The notes: generated by a model from the letters alone, not told the origin. A stretch of DNA of 64,000 nucleotides from an uncultured Candidatus Saccharibacteria bacterium (GCA_964438405.1 CAYTKF010000002.1:12404-76403); one strand, 5' to 3'; numbered from the stretch's first letter, positions 6,831 to 15,235 are shown. Program-made: numbers and translations.

Positions 6831-9050
6831 ATGGAAGTTAAGAATATTCGGAATTTTTCCATTATTGCACATATTGACCACGGTAAGTCCACGTTGGCGG
6901 ATAGGTTTTTGGAAATCACTAAAACTGTCGAAAAAAGAAAAATGAAAGAGCAGTTTTTGGACCAGATGGAGCTGGAAAGAGAACGTGGAATAACTATTAA
7001 GATGCAACCCGTCAGAATGCTTTATAGCACGCGGATAGACGCGGATAAAGACGCAGATAAACGCGGATTACTATATGAAGATTTGACCTATAAATTAAGG
7101 GGCATGTTTTTTAATGTCTATAATAAACTTGGCCCGGGACACAAAAAGAATATCTATAGTAATGCCCTGGAAAAAGAGTTAATTAACAAGAACTTAAAAT
7201 TTGACAAAGAAAAAACAATGGAAGTTTTATATGACAATGAACAGGTTGGAATTTACAGACCAGATTTTGTTATTGAAGATAAAATTATTATCGAATTAAA
7301 AGCGCTACCCTTTATTGGTAAGTTAGAAAAAAAACAGATTTGGCATTATCTAAAAGGTTCAAATTACAGATTGGCATTATTGGTAAATTTTGGCGGAAGA
7401 GAATTACAAATAGAACGTATAATTTATGATAATATCCGCGACAATCAGCGTAATAATCAGCAAGAATCTGTGTATATTCTAAATTTGATTGACACTCCTG
7501 GGCATATTGATTTTTCATATGAGGTTTCGCGGGCGTTAAAGGCGGTTGAAGGCGCTGTGCTTCTTGTTGACGCCACTCAGGGCGTGCAGGCCCAGACAAT
7601 CGCCAACGTGGAAACGGCAAAATCTTTGGGTCTGACTATTATTCCAGTAATTAATAAAATAGATTTGGCATCAGCAATGATAGAAGAAACAAAAGAAGAA
7701 ATAAAAAAATTACTGGGCGAAACAGATATTTTGGAAGTGTCAGCCAAAAGCGGTCAGGGAGTGGAAGATTTGCTTCAAAAAATAATAAAAAGAGTGCCAG
7801 CGCCAAAATTTGAAAACGAATCTAGCCCTCGTGCCCTTGTTTTTGATTTTGAATATTCCAGCCATCAGGGAATTATTGCTTATATCAGAATGATAGACGG
7901 AGAAATAAAAAAAGGAGATGAACTTCTGCTTTCGCAGACAAAAGAAAAATTTGTTGTTGCCGAAACCGGAATTTTTCTGCCCAACCGGAATCCGGTTTTG
8001 AAATTAAGTGCGGGTGAAATCGGCTATATTGTTACAAATATTAAAAAGCCAAATGTGGCTGTTGTCGGAGATACTGTCATATCACAAAAAAATACACTGG
8101 CGCCTCTTTCTGGTTATCTTCAACCCAAGCCTGTTGTCTGGGCAAGCATATATCCTGAATCTCAGGATGATTTTGATGCGTTTAAACAAGCTCTGGAGAG
8201 ATTACGGCTCTCTGATAGTTCATTAAGTTTTGAGGAGGAGAATAATGGCGCATTGGGTCGTGGATTTAAATGCGGTTTTTTAGGCATGCTGCATTTGGAA
8301 ATTATCACAGAACGTTTGCGCCGCGAATTTAATCTTAAATTAATAACAGCGTCACCGACAGTCACTTATATGCTTGAACTTAAAGATAGTTCCCCAAAAG
8401 AAATTTATTCGCCGATTTCTTTTCCCGAGGAACATCTCATAAAAAAAATTTCAGAGCAATGGGCAGAATTGCAGATCATGGTTCCGTCGGAAAAAATGGG
8501 ATTGATTTTCCCTGTGCTTTACGACCACGAGGCTGAAGTTGGGGACACGGAAAAATTCGGAGAAAATCACACTCTTATAAAAGCCAAGATGCCGTTAAGA
8601 GAATTAATGCGTAATTTTTTTGATGAGCTCAAAAGCGCCACTTCCGGATATGGTTCTCTGGGGTATAAAATTTTGGGTTTTCAAGAAACGCCCCCGGGCA
8701 AAATAGTCCGTTTGGATATTTGGGTGGCAGACGAAATCATGCCGGTTTTTTCCCGTATAATAAGTAGAGAAAGAGTGGAATATGAATCCAGAAGAATCGT
8801 TGAAAAACTGGCGGAAATTATTCCCCGTCAGCTTTTTACAATAAAAATTCAGGCCAAGGCTCTGGGCAGAATTATTGCCTCGCGCTCCATTTCCGCTCTT
8901 AAAAAAGATGTCACCGGCTATCTTTACGGCGGAGACAGAACGCGCAAGATGAAACTTTGGCAGAAGCAGAAGCGCGGAAAAAAGAGAATGAAAGAATTTG
9001 GAAAGGTTAATATTCCCTCAGATGTTTTTATAAAGATGATGCAGAATTAA
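6831..9050 (+). CDS. lepA: Translation elongation factor 4 (LepA) carrying a ~150-aa in-frame inserted domain
   Basis: NIRNFSIIAHIDHGKSTLADR (G1), DTPGHIDF (G3), NKIDL (G4) and the LepA-specific C-terminus ...KKRMKEFGKVNIPSDVF. 739 aa against ~600 typical. Confidence 0.9.
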   Translation: MEVKNIRNFSIIAHIDHGKSTLADRFLEITKTVEKRKMKEQFLDQMELERERGITIKMQPVRMLYSTRIDADKDADKRGLLYEDLTYKLRGMFFNVYNKLGPGHKKNIYSNALEKELINKNLKFDKEKTMEVLYDNEQVGIYRPDFVIEDKIIIELKALPFIGKLEKKQIWHYLKGSNYRLALLVNFGGRELQIERIIYDNIRDNQRNNQQESVYILNLIDTPGHIDFSYEVSRALKAVEGAVLLVDATQGVQAQTIANVETAKSLGLTIIPVINKIDLASAMIEETKEEIKKLLGETDILEVSAKSGQGVEDLLQKIIKRVPAPKFENESSPRALVFDFEYSSHQGIIAYIRMIDGEIKKGDELLLSQTKEKFVVAETGIFLPNRNPVLKLSAGEIGYIVTNIKKPNVAVVGDTVISQKNTLAPLSGYLQPKPVVWASIYPESQDDFDAFKQALERLRLSDSSLSFEEENNGALGRGFKCGFLGMLHLEIITERLRREFNLKLITASPTVTYMLELKDSSPKEIYSPISFPEEHLIKKISEQWAELQIMVPSEKMGLIFPVLYDHEAEVGDTEKFGENHTLIKAKMPLRELMRNFFDELKSATSGYGSLGYKILGFQETPPGKIVRLDIWVADEIMPVFSRIISRERVEYESRRIVEKLAEIIPRQLFTIKIQAKALGRIIASRSISALKKDVTGYLYGGDRTRKMKLWQKQKRGKKRMKEFGKVNIPSDVFIKMMQN
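7028..7070 (+). repeat. Imperfect tandem repeats of ~12 nt (ACGCGGATAAAG-like, ~4 copies) inside lepA
   Basis: cACGCGGATAGACGCGGATAAAGACGCAGATAAACGCGGATTAc encodes STRIDADKDADKRG at the N-terminal junction of the inserted domain. Confidence 0.7.
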
Positions 9051-9169
9051 TTAAAAAAGGGGTATGAGCAGAAAGGCCACCATGCTTAAAACAGCAAGTA
9101 CTGATATAATTGTCCAGATTATTTGAAATTTTCTTTTTTGTTTGTTCACTGATATACTATAATAAATTT

Positions 9170-9556
9170 ATGAGCGGGTTTCAAGAGAAGAAAAACAGGG
9201 GAAAATTTATTTATTCTAAAAAATTTTTTGTTTTCTTGTTTCTTGTTTTTGTTTTTGTCGTCTATTCCACAGCCGGGGTTTATTTAAAAAGCCGCAGTGC
9301 CTCGCTTAAAAGCGATGAAATCCAGAAAGAATTGCAGGCAGCGCAGGAAAGAAAAAATAATATAGAGAATGAACTGGGCCGGCTTAACAGCCCGGCCGGC
9401 GAAGAAGAAGAAATACGCGGCAATCTTAACGTGGTAAAACCCGGAGAGAGTCTTTTGATAATCGTGGAAAAAAACAGCCAAAATGCTAATATAAATAATA
9501 ATAACAGCAATGGATTTTTTAACAGCATTATTGACTGGATAAAAAGCAAATTTTAA
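9170..9556 (+). CDS. FtsB/DivIC-like septum formation initiator (single TM plus coiled coil)
   Basis: N-terminal TM FVFLFLVFVFVVY followed by the coiled coil EIQKELQAAQERKNNIENELGRLN. The ATG at 9170 is preceded by TATACTATAAT. Confidence 0.45.
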   Translation: MSGFQEKKNRGKFIYSKKFFVFLFLVFVFVVYSTAGVYLKSRSASLKSDEIQKELQAAQERKNNIENELGRLNSPAGEEEEIRGNLNVVKPGESLLIIVEKNSQNANINNNNSNGFFNSIIDWIKSKF

Positions 9557-9558
9557 CC

Positions 9559-9629
9559 GCGGATATGGTTTAGTGGCAGAACGCGACCTTCCCAAGGTTG
9601 AGATCGGGGTTCGATTCCCCGTATCCGCA
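9559..9629 (+). tRNA. tRNA-Gly(CCC)
   Basis: Cloverleaf folds by hand: acceptor GCGGATA/TATCCGC, anticodon stem CGACC/GGTTG with loop TTCCCAA, T-arm CGGGG-TTCGATT-CCCCG. Confidence 0.8.
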
Positions 9630-9666
9630 TGTGTTAATTATTAAAAAAGACAAAAAAGAGGAATTT

Positions 9667-10476
9667 TTGGAAAAAACTAAGGGCAAGTTTGAGGTTTTTT
9701 CCGCCCAAGGCGGACCCGCCTCTGGCGGAGATTCCTTTAAAAAATATCTCCTACCCCCAATAGAAGATATTGAATCCAAACCACCTAAAAAATTTGTCAT
9801 TATTGGCCTAAGTGATTGTGATTTAGAAGCAATAATTCAGCTGGATGAAATAATGACAAGGCCAGTGCGAGATTCTCTTTACTGGCAAAGAAGGGAACAG
9901 GCGATTATTGTTGGTTCAGACGACAAAAACGCAAAAAAGTTTGTTGAAGATTATAAAGAATTTTTGGAGGAAACAATGGAAGCGTTGCTTCCACTTGGAA
10001 GCGTCGCTTCCAAGTGGGCTGACTGGACGAAGTCCATGCGCCAGCTTCTGCTTGATTCCGAGCTTTTGGCAAATGCAGTTGAATGGTCTCACGACCATAA
10101 AATCTGGGACGATTTGGCAATACGATGTTTGGGCTGTGGCATTTGCACTTATGTCTGCCCACTTTGTTACTGCTTTTCAATGGAGGATAGTGTCGGGTTT
10201 GATGGTGTATGTAAAAGATGCAAAAAATGGGACGCTTGCACCTTGCCGAATTTTTCAAAAATCGCCGGAGGACATGATTTTAGGCCGAGCATCAAAGAAA
10301 GATATTATAACTGGTTTTACCACAAATTCGTGCGCGCCTATAAAGAATATGGTAAATCCCAATGCGTCGGCTGTGGAAGATGCAAAAGCCAGTGTCCGGC
10401 TGGCATAGATATTTATGAAGTGTTAAAAATTATTTTAGAAGATTATGGAAAATATTTATCAGCCGCAAAAAATTAA
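9667..10476 (+). CDS. hydB: [NiFe]-hydrogenase (group 3b/sulfhydrogenase-like) beta subunit, Fe-S protein
   Basis: CxxCxxCxxxCP ferredoxin motifs (CLGCGICTYVCP and CVGCGRCKSQCP). First gene of the hyd operon. The start is uncertain because the ORF track start lies inside the tRNA; TTG at 9667 with an AGAGGA RBS is proposed. Confidence 0.6.
   Translation: MEKTKGKFEVFSAQGGPASGGDSFKKYLLPPIEDIESKPPKKFVIIGLSDCDLEAIIQLDEIMTRPVRDSLYWQRREQAIIVGSDDKNAKKFVEDYKEFLEETMEALLPLGSVASKWADWTKSMRQLLLDSELLANAVEWSHDHKIWDDLAIRCLGCGICTYVCPLCYCFSMEDSVGFDGVCKRCKKWDACTLPNFSKIAGGHDFRPSIKERYYNWFYHKFVRAYKEYGKSQCVGCGRCKSQCPAGIDIYEVLKIILEDYGKYLSAAKN
9977..10023. repeat. In-frame ~45-nt double-palindrome element inside hydB
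   Basis: TGGAAGC-GTT-GCTTCCA c TTGGAAGCG-T-CGCTTCCAA GTGGGCT. The reverse complement recurs at 13235-13278 inside hydA with 2-3 mismatches. Confidence 0.8.
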
Positions 10477-11212
10477 AATAAAAAAAGTTGAGGAACTTTC
10501 GCCAACCGTGAAGTTATTTCGGTTGGCGGGTAATTTTGTTTTTAAGCCTGGGCAATTCTTTCTGCTTGGCAGAATCGGTTATGGCGAGGCGCCGTTCGGC
10601 GCGCTTTCATCGCCGTACGAAAAAGATTATTTGGAATTTGCGATACGAGCCGTTGGAACTGTCACTAATTTTTTGCATACCCTAAAAAACGGCGATGAAA
10701 TTGAAATCCGGGGTCCGTTTGGCAATGGATTTCCTTTGGATTTTATAGAAAATAAAGATATTGTCATGGTCAGCGGTGGTTCCGGTATTCCGCCAATCGC
10801 GTCGCTTACAGAATACATTATCAAAAACCGCGAAAAATTTAAAAATGTTTATCTGCTTTACGGTTCAAAAACAGAAGAAGAAATTTTACTAAAAGACAGA
10901 TTTGAAAAATGGGGCGAGGCGCGAGTAAAAGTTATGATGCTCGCCGGCGGATTTGTAACTGACTTAATAAAAGATATAAACGTTGACGAGCAAAATGCCG
11001 TTTGCCTAATGTGCGGACCCGGGCCAATGACAGATGCCATAGAAAAAGTTATAAGGCCGCTCGGCATTTCCGACAGGAGAATTTTTGTAAGCATTGAACG
11101 CAGGATGCAGTGCGGAATAGGCAAGTGCCAGCATTGCACAACAGGAAGCAAATACACCTGTCTCGACGGTCCAGTGTTTTATTATGACGAAATAGACAAA
11201 AACTGGGATTAA
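10445..11212 (+). CDS. hydG: Hydrogenase gamma subunit: FAD/NAD(P)-binding oxidoreductase with a C-terminal 2Fe-2S cluster (PyrK-like)
   Basis: Ferredoxin-NADP reductase-like fold motifs (GSGIPP, LLYGSKTEEE) and the C-terminal CGxGxCxxC cluster motif CGIGKCQHCTTG...C. Confidence 0.7.
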   Translation: MENIYQPQKIKIKKVEELSPTVKLFRLAGNFVFKPGQFFLLGRIGYGEAPFGALSSPYEKDYLEFAIRAVGTVTNFLHTLKNGDEIEIRGPFGNGFPLDFIENKDIVMVSGGSGIPPIASLTEYIIKNREKFKNVYLLYGSKTEEEILLKDRFEKWGEARVKVMMLAGGFVTDLIKDINVDEQNAVCLMCGPGPMTDAIEKVIRPLGISDRRIFVSIERRMQCGIGKCQHCTTGSKYTCLDGPVFYYDEIDKNWD

Positions 11213-11277
11213 ACCACTGGGCTTGCTTTTCCCCTAGTATTTATTATCTTGGAACTAGAGGATTTTGCTGAAAGGAG

Positions 11278-11667
11278 GTGAGGAATATGACTATCAGCGA
11301 TCTCCAACAATTTGCTCTTAAGGTAGCCGGGCTCACGGCTGAGTATTTCGGGAGCATGGACACGGACAAGGTTCGTTTTCTCAATGAAATCTCAAGGGTC
11401 GTCAGGAGGAAAAAAGATGTAGCCACTCTGACTTGTTTCAATAGCCACATTCTTGTCTTCTGGCAAGGACGACAGAACACCATTTTTTCTCTTCTAAAAG
11501 AAGGAAGAAATGAATTGCCTGACAGCGAGATGATTGACTGGCGAAATGAAGCCCATGAGCATTTCAAAAGATTCTCTCACTTGAGATTTCAGGTGAGGGT
11601 TGGACGGATAGAATCAATTGTTGAAGAAATTCAAAAAATTGTTGACACCATCCGTCATGCTCCCTAA
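11278..11667 (+). CDS. Hypothetical 129-aa protein inserted between hydG and hydD
   Basis: Strong RBS AAAGGAGGTGAGG 6 nt before the ATG. GC-rich relative to its flanks. No recognisable motif. Confidence 0.45.
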   Translation: MRNMTISDLQQFALKVAGLTAEYFGSMDTDKVRFLNEISRVVRRKKDVATLTCFNSHILVFWQGRQNTIFSLLKEGRNELPDSEMIDWRNEAHEHFKRFSHLRFQVRVGRIESIVEEIQKIVDTIRHAP

Positions 11668-11731
11668 GGGGTTCTTTGATAACAAAGACCCCTTTCTGTT
11701 TAATACGGCTACCAAATGTTATAATTATTTT

Positions 11732-12475
11732 ATGAAACCCAAAGTTGCAATTTATGATTTTACAGACTGCGAGGGATGCGAAGTGAAGCTTATTTCTCTG
11801 CGCGAGAAATTACTTTTGATTGAAGATAAATTAAATATTGTTAACTGGCGTTTTGGTCAGGAAAAATTTAATGCCGGGCCCTATGACATTACAATTATAG
11901 AGGGAACGCCTATTACAGAAAGCGAAGTTAAATTATTAAAAGAATTAAGGCAAAATTCAAAAGTTTTAATTGCTCTTGGCGCCTGCGCTGGACTGGGCGG
12001 CATTCCCGCAATCATTCCGCAAAAAGACAGAAAATTTTGGTACGATAAAATTTACACTTCGCAATACACGCCCCAGGGCATAGACGCCTTACCGCTCTCT
12101 GCTTACGTACCAATTGATTTTACTATTCACGGATGTCCGGTTGATGAAAATGAGGTGGTGCGTGTCGTGGAGGAACTTTTAAGCGGTAAAAAACCACATT
12201 ACAGGGGCTATTCCGTATGTTTTGAGTGCAAGCTGGCTGGCAACGAGTGCAGAATAATAAATAACAAGCCGTGTCTTGGTCCCATAACGCAAGGCGGATG
12301 CAATGCAGTTTGTATCACGGGCGGCTCGCCGTGTTACGGATGTTTTGGTTTGCGAAGCGAGGCAAATATTCCAGCGCTTATAAAAATTTTAGAAAAACTA
12401 ACTAATATTAAGGTTGTAGAAAATTATCTCAGTATGTTTCATAATAGAACAAAAGAAATAAAAAATGATCACTAA
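11732..12475 (+). CDS. hydD: [NiFe]-hydrogenase small (delta) subunit
   Basis: MKPKVAIYDFTDCEGCE N-terminal Cys motif plus further Cys clusters, typical of group-3 small subunits and NuoB-like proteins. Confidence 0.7.
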   Translation: MKPKVAIYDFTDCEGCEVKLISLREKLLLIEDKLNIVNWRFGQEKFNAGPYDITIIEGTPITESEVKLLKELRQNSKVLIALGACAGLGGIPAIIPQKDRKFWYDKIYTSQYTPQGIDALPLSAYVPIDFTIHGCPVDENEVVRVVEELLSGKKPHYRGYSVCFECKLAGNECRIINNKPCLGPITQGGCNAVCITGGSPCYGCFGLRSEANIPALIKILEKLTNIKVVENYLSMFHNRTKEIKNDH

Positions 12476-13667
12476 CGAATTTATCGCAAAAATTGAGGGA
12501 CACGGAAGTTTAAAAATTGATTGGAGCGCAGGCAAAGTTAAACTTCATATTGACGAAGGCGAACGGCTTTTTGAAGGAATTTTAGTTAATAGGCCGGCAG
12601 AAAATGCTTCATGGATAACTCCGCGCATCTGCGGAGTTTGCCCGATTGCGCACAATCTTGCTTCGCTTTCTGCAATAGAAGACGCGCTTGGCATTAAAAT
12701 AACAGAAACTTCACAATTTTTAAGAGATTTAATGCAAACAGTTCAAATGATGCAAAGTCATGTCCTGCATTTGTTTTTTCTTGCCTTGCCGGATTATATC
12801 AGGATTGACAGAGGCACAGAATTAGCAAAAAAAGAACCTAACGCATTTAAAAAGGCATTGTTTATAAAAGAAATAAGCGATGAGATTGCAAGTGTTGTTG
12901 CCGGCAGAAATGTTCATCCCACAACAACAACCATCGGCGGATTTCATAAAATCCCTTCAAAAAAACAGCTTGAAAATCTGCTTAAAAAACTGGAAAAAGG
13001 CGAAAAAGATGCGGAATGGGTGCCGAAATATTTTTCTAAATTAAAATATCCGAAGTTAAAAGTTGATTTGGAACTGGTGGCAATCAGCGGAGACGAAGTT
13101 GTTTCTAATAAAGGCGGTAAATTTTTGATAAAAGATTACAAACAAAATATTGAGGAAGAATTACGAGATTATTCCACGGCTAAGTTCGGCAAACTTCAGG
13201 GCAGAGAGATAATGGTAGGGGCGTTGGCGAGATTAGCTCACTTGGAAGCGTCGCTTCCAAGTGGAAGCATCGCTTCCAAATTGGACTTTTCCAATCCCTT
13301 TCACAACAATCTCGCTCAGGCAATTGAAATAGAAATGTTTTATAAAAAGGCCGAGAAAATTATAAAAAAATTATTAAGCATAGAAATGGATAATAAAATA
13401 ATTCCAGCGTCAATTAGCGACGGTGCAGGTATCGGCGCAGTTGAGGCGCCCAGGGGCGGGCTTTACCATGAAATTCATGTCAATCAAGAGGGGATTGTCA
13501 CTTACGCAAATATTGTTACTCCAACAGTGCAAAATTTAACTTCTATAGAAAAATCAGCACAAGAATTATTAAATCAGACGAAAAAATTGGATAATAAAGA
13601 GAGAGAAAGATTATTGAACATGCTCGTCCGCAGCTACGACCCGTGCATAACCTGCTCAGTGCATTAA
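12465..13667 (+). CDS. hydA: [NiFe]-hydrogenase large (alpha) subunit
   Basis: N-terminal RICGVCPIAH (CxxC Ni ligands) and C-terminal DPCITCSVH (DPCxxCxxH motif). Confidence 0.8.
   Translation: MITNEFIAKIEGHGSLKIDWSAGKVKLHIDEGERLFEGILVNRPAENASWITPRICGVCPIAHNLASLSAIEDALGIKITETSQFLRDLMQTVQMMQSHVLHLFFLALPDYIRIDRGTELAKKEPNAFKKALFIKEISDEIASVVAGRNVHPTTTTIGGFHKIPSKKQLENLLKKLEKGEKDAEWVPKYFSKLKYPKLKVDLELVAISGDEVVSNKGGKFLIKDYKQNIEEELRDYSTAKFGKLQGREIMVGALARLAHLEASLPSGSIASKLDFSNPFHNNLAQAIEIEMFYKKAEKIIKKLLSIEMDNKIIPASISDGAGIGAVEAPRGGLYHEIHVNQEGIVTYANIVTPTVQNLTSIEKSAQELLNQTKKLDNKERERLLNMLVRSYDPCITCSVH
13235..13278. repeat. In-frame ~45-nt double-palindrome element inside hydA, inverted orientation of the hydB copy
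   Basis: AGCTCAC TTGGAAGCG-T-CGCTTCCAA g TGGAAGC-ATC-GCTTCCA encodes LEASLPSGSIASKL. Its reverse complement aligns with 9977-10023. Confidence 0.8.
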
Positions 13668-13699
13668 TTTTAAAAACAAAAAACGCCAGTGCTATAAAG

Positions 13700-14365
13700 T
13701 TAAACTTTATTCCTGGCGCGAAGCTTGTTAAACTTATCAAGAGAACGATGCGTCAGAACCGTAACGGCCCTGGCGTCAACAATATCGAGTTTTTCTATTA
13801 TGTGAGAAAAATGAATTGTTACTGGATCGCCGGCCTTAAGTTTGGCGAAAAAAATATTTTTTACTTCTTTCTGGTTTGGTCTTTCAGCAAGAACTAATTT
13901 CTTGTCGCGAATTTCAACGGGAAAATATTTTACAACAACTCTGTCAGGAAATATTCCGTTGACAACCGCCTGGTGTACAAAGCAGTCATCCACAAGGTTA
14001 ACGTCAATATGTTCGGAGGGAAGATTACTGATCGGCATGAGCGTGGTAAAATTGTGCCACAGCTCGCCGTCCAATTTCGGCCTTCCCCGCCAGTAATAAG
14101 AGATAACTCGCTGGTCAAACGGGTCCTCGACACCGTTTATTTCAGCTATGGTTTTGTAAAACCTATAGCTGTCAAATCTCTCAAGGATATTTCTGGCCGA
14201 ATCTTCTTTTAAATTCCCCAAAGAAAATTCCCTTAATCTTTCAGCCATGCCAAAATGCTTGGCGTGCTGGCAGTTAAAAGAATACCGGCATGCCAACTGC
14301 AATCCCTCTCGGTTCATCTCCTCATGTTCCTCTCTTGAATTAAATGTGCTGGGTATGTTTTCCAT
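13700..14365 (-). CDS. Hypothetical protein downstream of hypC
   Basis: 221-aa ORF overlapping the hypC stop. No motif recognised. A Cys pair CRYSFNCQH is present. Confidence 0.4.
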   Translation of the reverse strand: MENIPSTFNSREEHEEMNREGLQLACRYSFNCQHAKHFGMAERLREFSLGNLKEDSARNILERFDSYRFYKTIAEINGVEDPFDQRVISYYWRGRPKLDGELWHNFTTLMPISNLPSEHIDVNLVDDCFVHQAVVNGIFPDRVVVKYFPVEIRDKKLVLAERPNQKEVKNIFFAKLKAGDPVTIHFSHIIEKLDIVDARAVTVLTHRSLDKFNKLRARNKV

Positions 14366-14561
14366 TTACCAATTTTAAGATTTTTTTTGCCTCTGTCAAT
14401 GGAATTTTGTTAATAGCCATATCGCCGTGCGCAAGAATGTAATCGCCGACTTTCGGATATTTTATCAAACTTAAATCAACTGTATGGCTGTGGTTATACG
14501 AACCAACCACAGCTGTTTTGCCTTTAATCTTTAATATTTTCATCGGCGTTGCTAAACACAT
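14340..14561 (-). CDS. hypC: Hydrogenase maturation factor HypC/HupF
   Basis: 73 aa starting with MCLATP, the canonical HypC MCLAIP N-terminus. Confidence 0.8.
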   Translation of the reverse strand: MCLATPMKILKIKGKTAVVGSYNHSHTVDLSLIKYPKVGDYILAHGDMAINKIPLTEAKKILKLVNGKHTQHI

Positions 14562-14587
14562 AAAAATATGATAGCATAATATCCGTT

Positions 14588-14821
14588 ATGAAAAAAGTTA
14601 AAATTTATTCTACGCCTACATGCGTTTACTGCAGAATGGCTAAAGATTGGTTCAGCCAAAACAAAATATCTTTTGAAGAATACGATGTTTATATGGATGC
14701 AGAAAAAAGGAAAGAGATGATGGAAAAAACCGGTCAGATGGGAGTGCCAGTGATAATGGTTGATGAAGAAATAATTGTTGGCTTTGACAAAAAAAGGCTG
14801 GGAGAATTGCTGGAGATATAA
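14588..14821 (+). CDS. Glutaredoxin-like protein (NrdH/Grx family)
   Basis: 77 aa with CVYC active site (TPTCVYCRMAK) and GVPVIMVDEEIIVGFD. Confidence 0.75.
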   Translation: MKKVKIYSTPTCVYCRMAKDWFSQNKISFEEYDVYMDAEKRKEMMEKTGQMGVPVIMVDEEIIVGFDKKRLGELLEI

Positions 14822-14829
14822 ATTGGTGA

Positions 14830-14901
14830 GCCCTTGTAGCTCAACGGATAGAGCAATCCCGTCCTAAGGGAGAGATACGGGTTCAATTCCTGTCGAGGGC
14901 A
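14830..14901 (+). tRNA. tRNA-Arg(CCT)
   Basis: Acceptor GCCCTTG/CGAGGGC, D-arm TAGCTCAACGGATAGAGCA, anticodon loop GTCCTAA, T-arm ACGGG-TTCAATT-CCTGT. Confidence 0.7.
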
Positions 14902-14903
14902 TA

Positions 14904-14974
14904 GGGCCTATAGTATAGTGGCAGAACATCTCCATGGCATGGAGAAGGTCGGGGTTCGATTCCCCGTAGGTCCA
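14904..14974 (+). tRNA. tRNA-Ala(GGC)
   Basis: Acceptor GGGCCTA/TAGGTCC carrying the G3:U70 Ala identity pair. Anticodon loop ATGGCAT. T-arm CGGGG-TTCGATT-CCCCG. Confidence 0.75.
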
Positions 14975-14995
14975 AAGATGTGCTAATATTTATTT

Positions 14996-15235
14996 ATGCC
15001 AAACGAAGAATTAAAACAATTACTTAAACAGAATCTTGAAGTTTCGGAAGAAAGTTTAAAGATTTTGAAAAAGTTAAATAAGAGCAGAAGAATGGGTAGT
15101 TTATTTTTTGTTTTTAAGTGGTTGATTATTATAGGTTTGGCAATCGGCGCGTTTTACTATCTTGAACCGTATATAAACCAGATCAAAACAATGTACAGCC
15201 AAGTGCAGGATTTGCAGAAAATAATGCCGAAGTAG
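14996..15235 (+). CDS. Small hypothetical membrane protein (doubtful)
   Basis: 79-aa ORF with one TM segment. Its 3' end overlaps tRNA-Phe by 10 nt. Confidence 0.3.
   Translation: MPNEELKQLLKQNLEVSEESLKILKKLNKSRRMGSLFFVFKWLIIIGLAIGAFYYLEPYINQIKTMYSQVQDLQKIMPK

Noticed and set aside
7026-7475. LepA insertion as an intein
   Set aside because: There is no Cys/Ser/Thr nucleophile immediately after the N-terminal junction and no HN-C/S/T C-terminal splice junction. The segment matches a GxxExxY/PDDEXK_3 domain rather than Hint plus homing-endonuclease blocks.
9598-9666. ORF-track start of hydB at 9598
   Set aside because: That start codon lies inside tRNA-Gly (9559-9629). The start was moved downstream to TTG 9667, which has an RBS, but the exact start remains uncertain.
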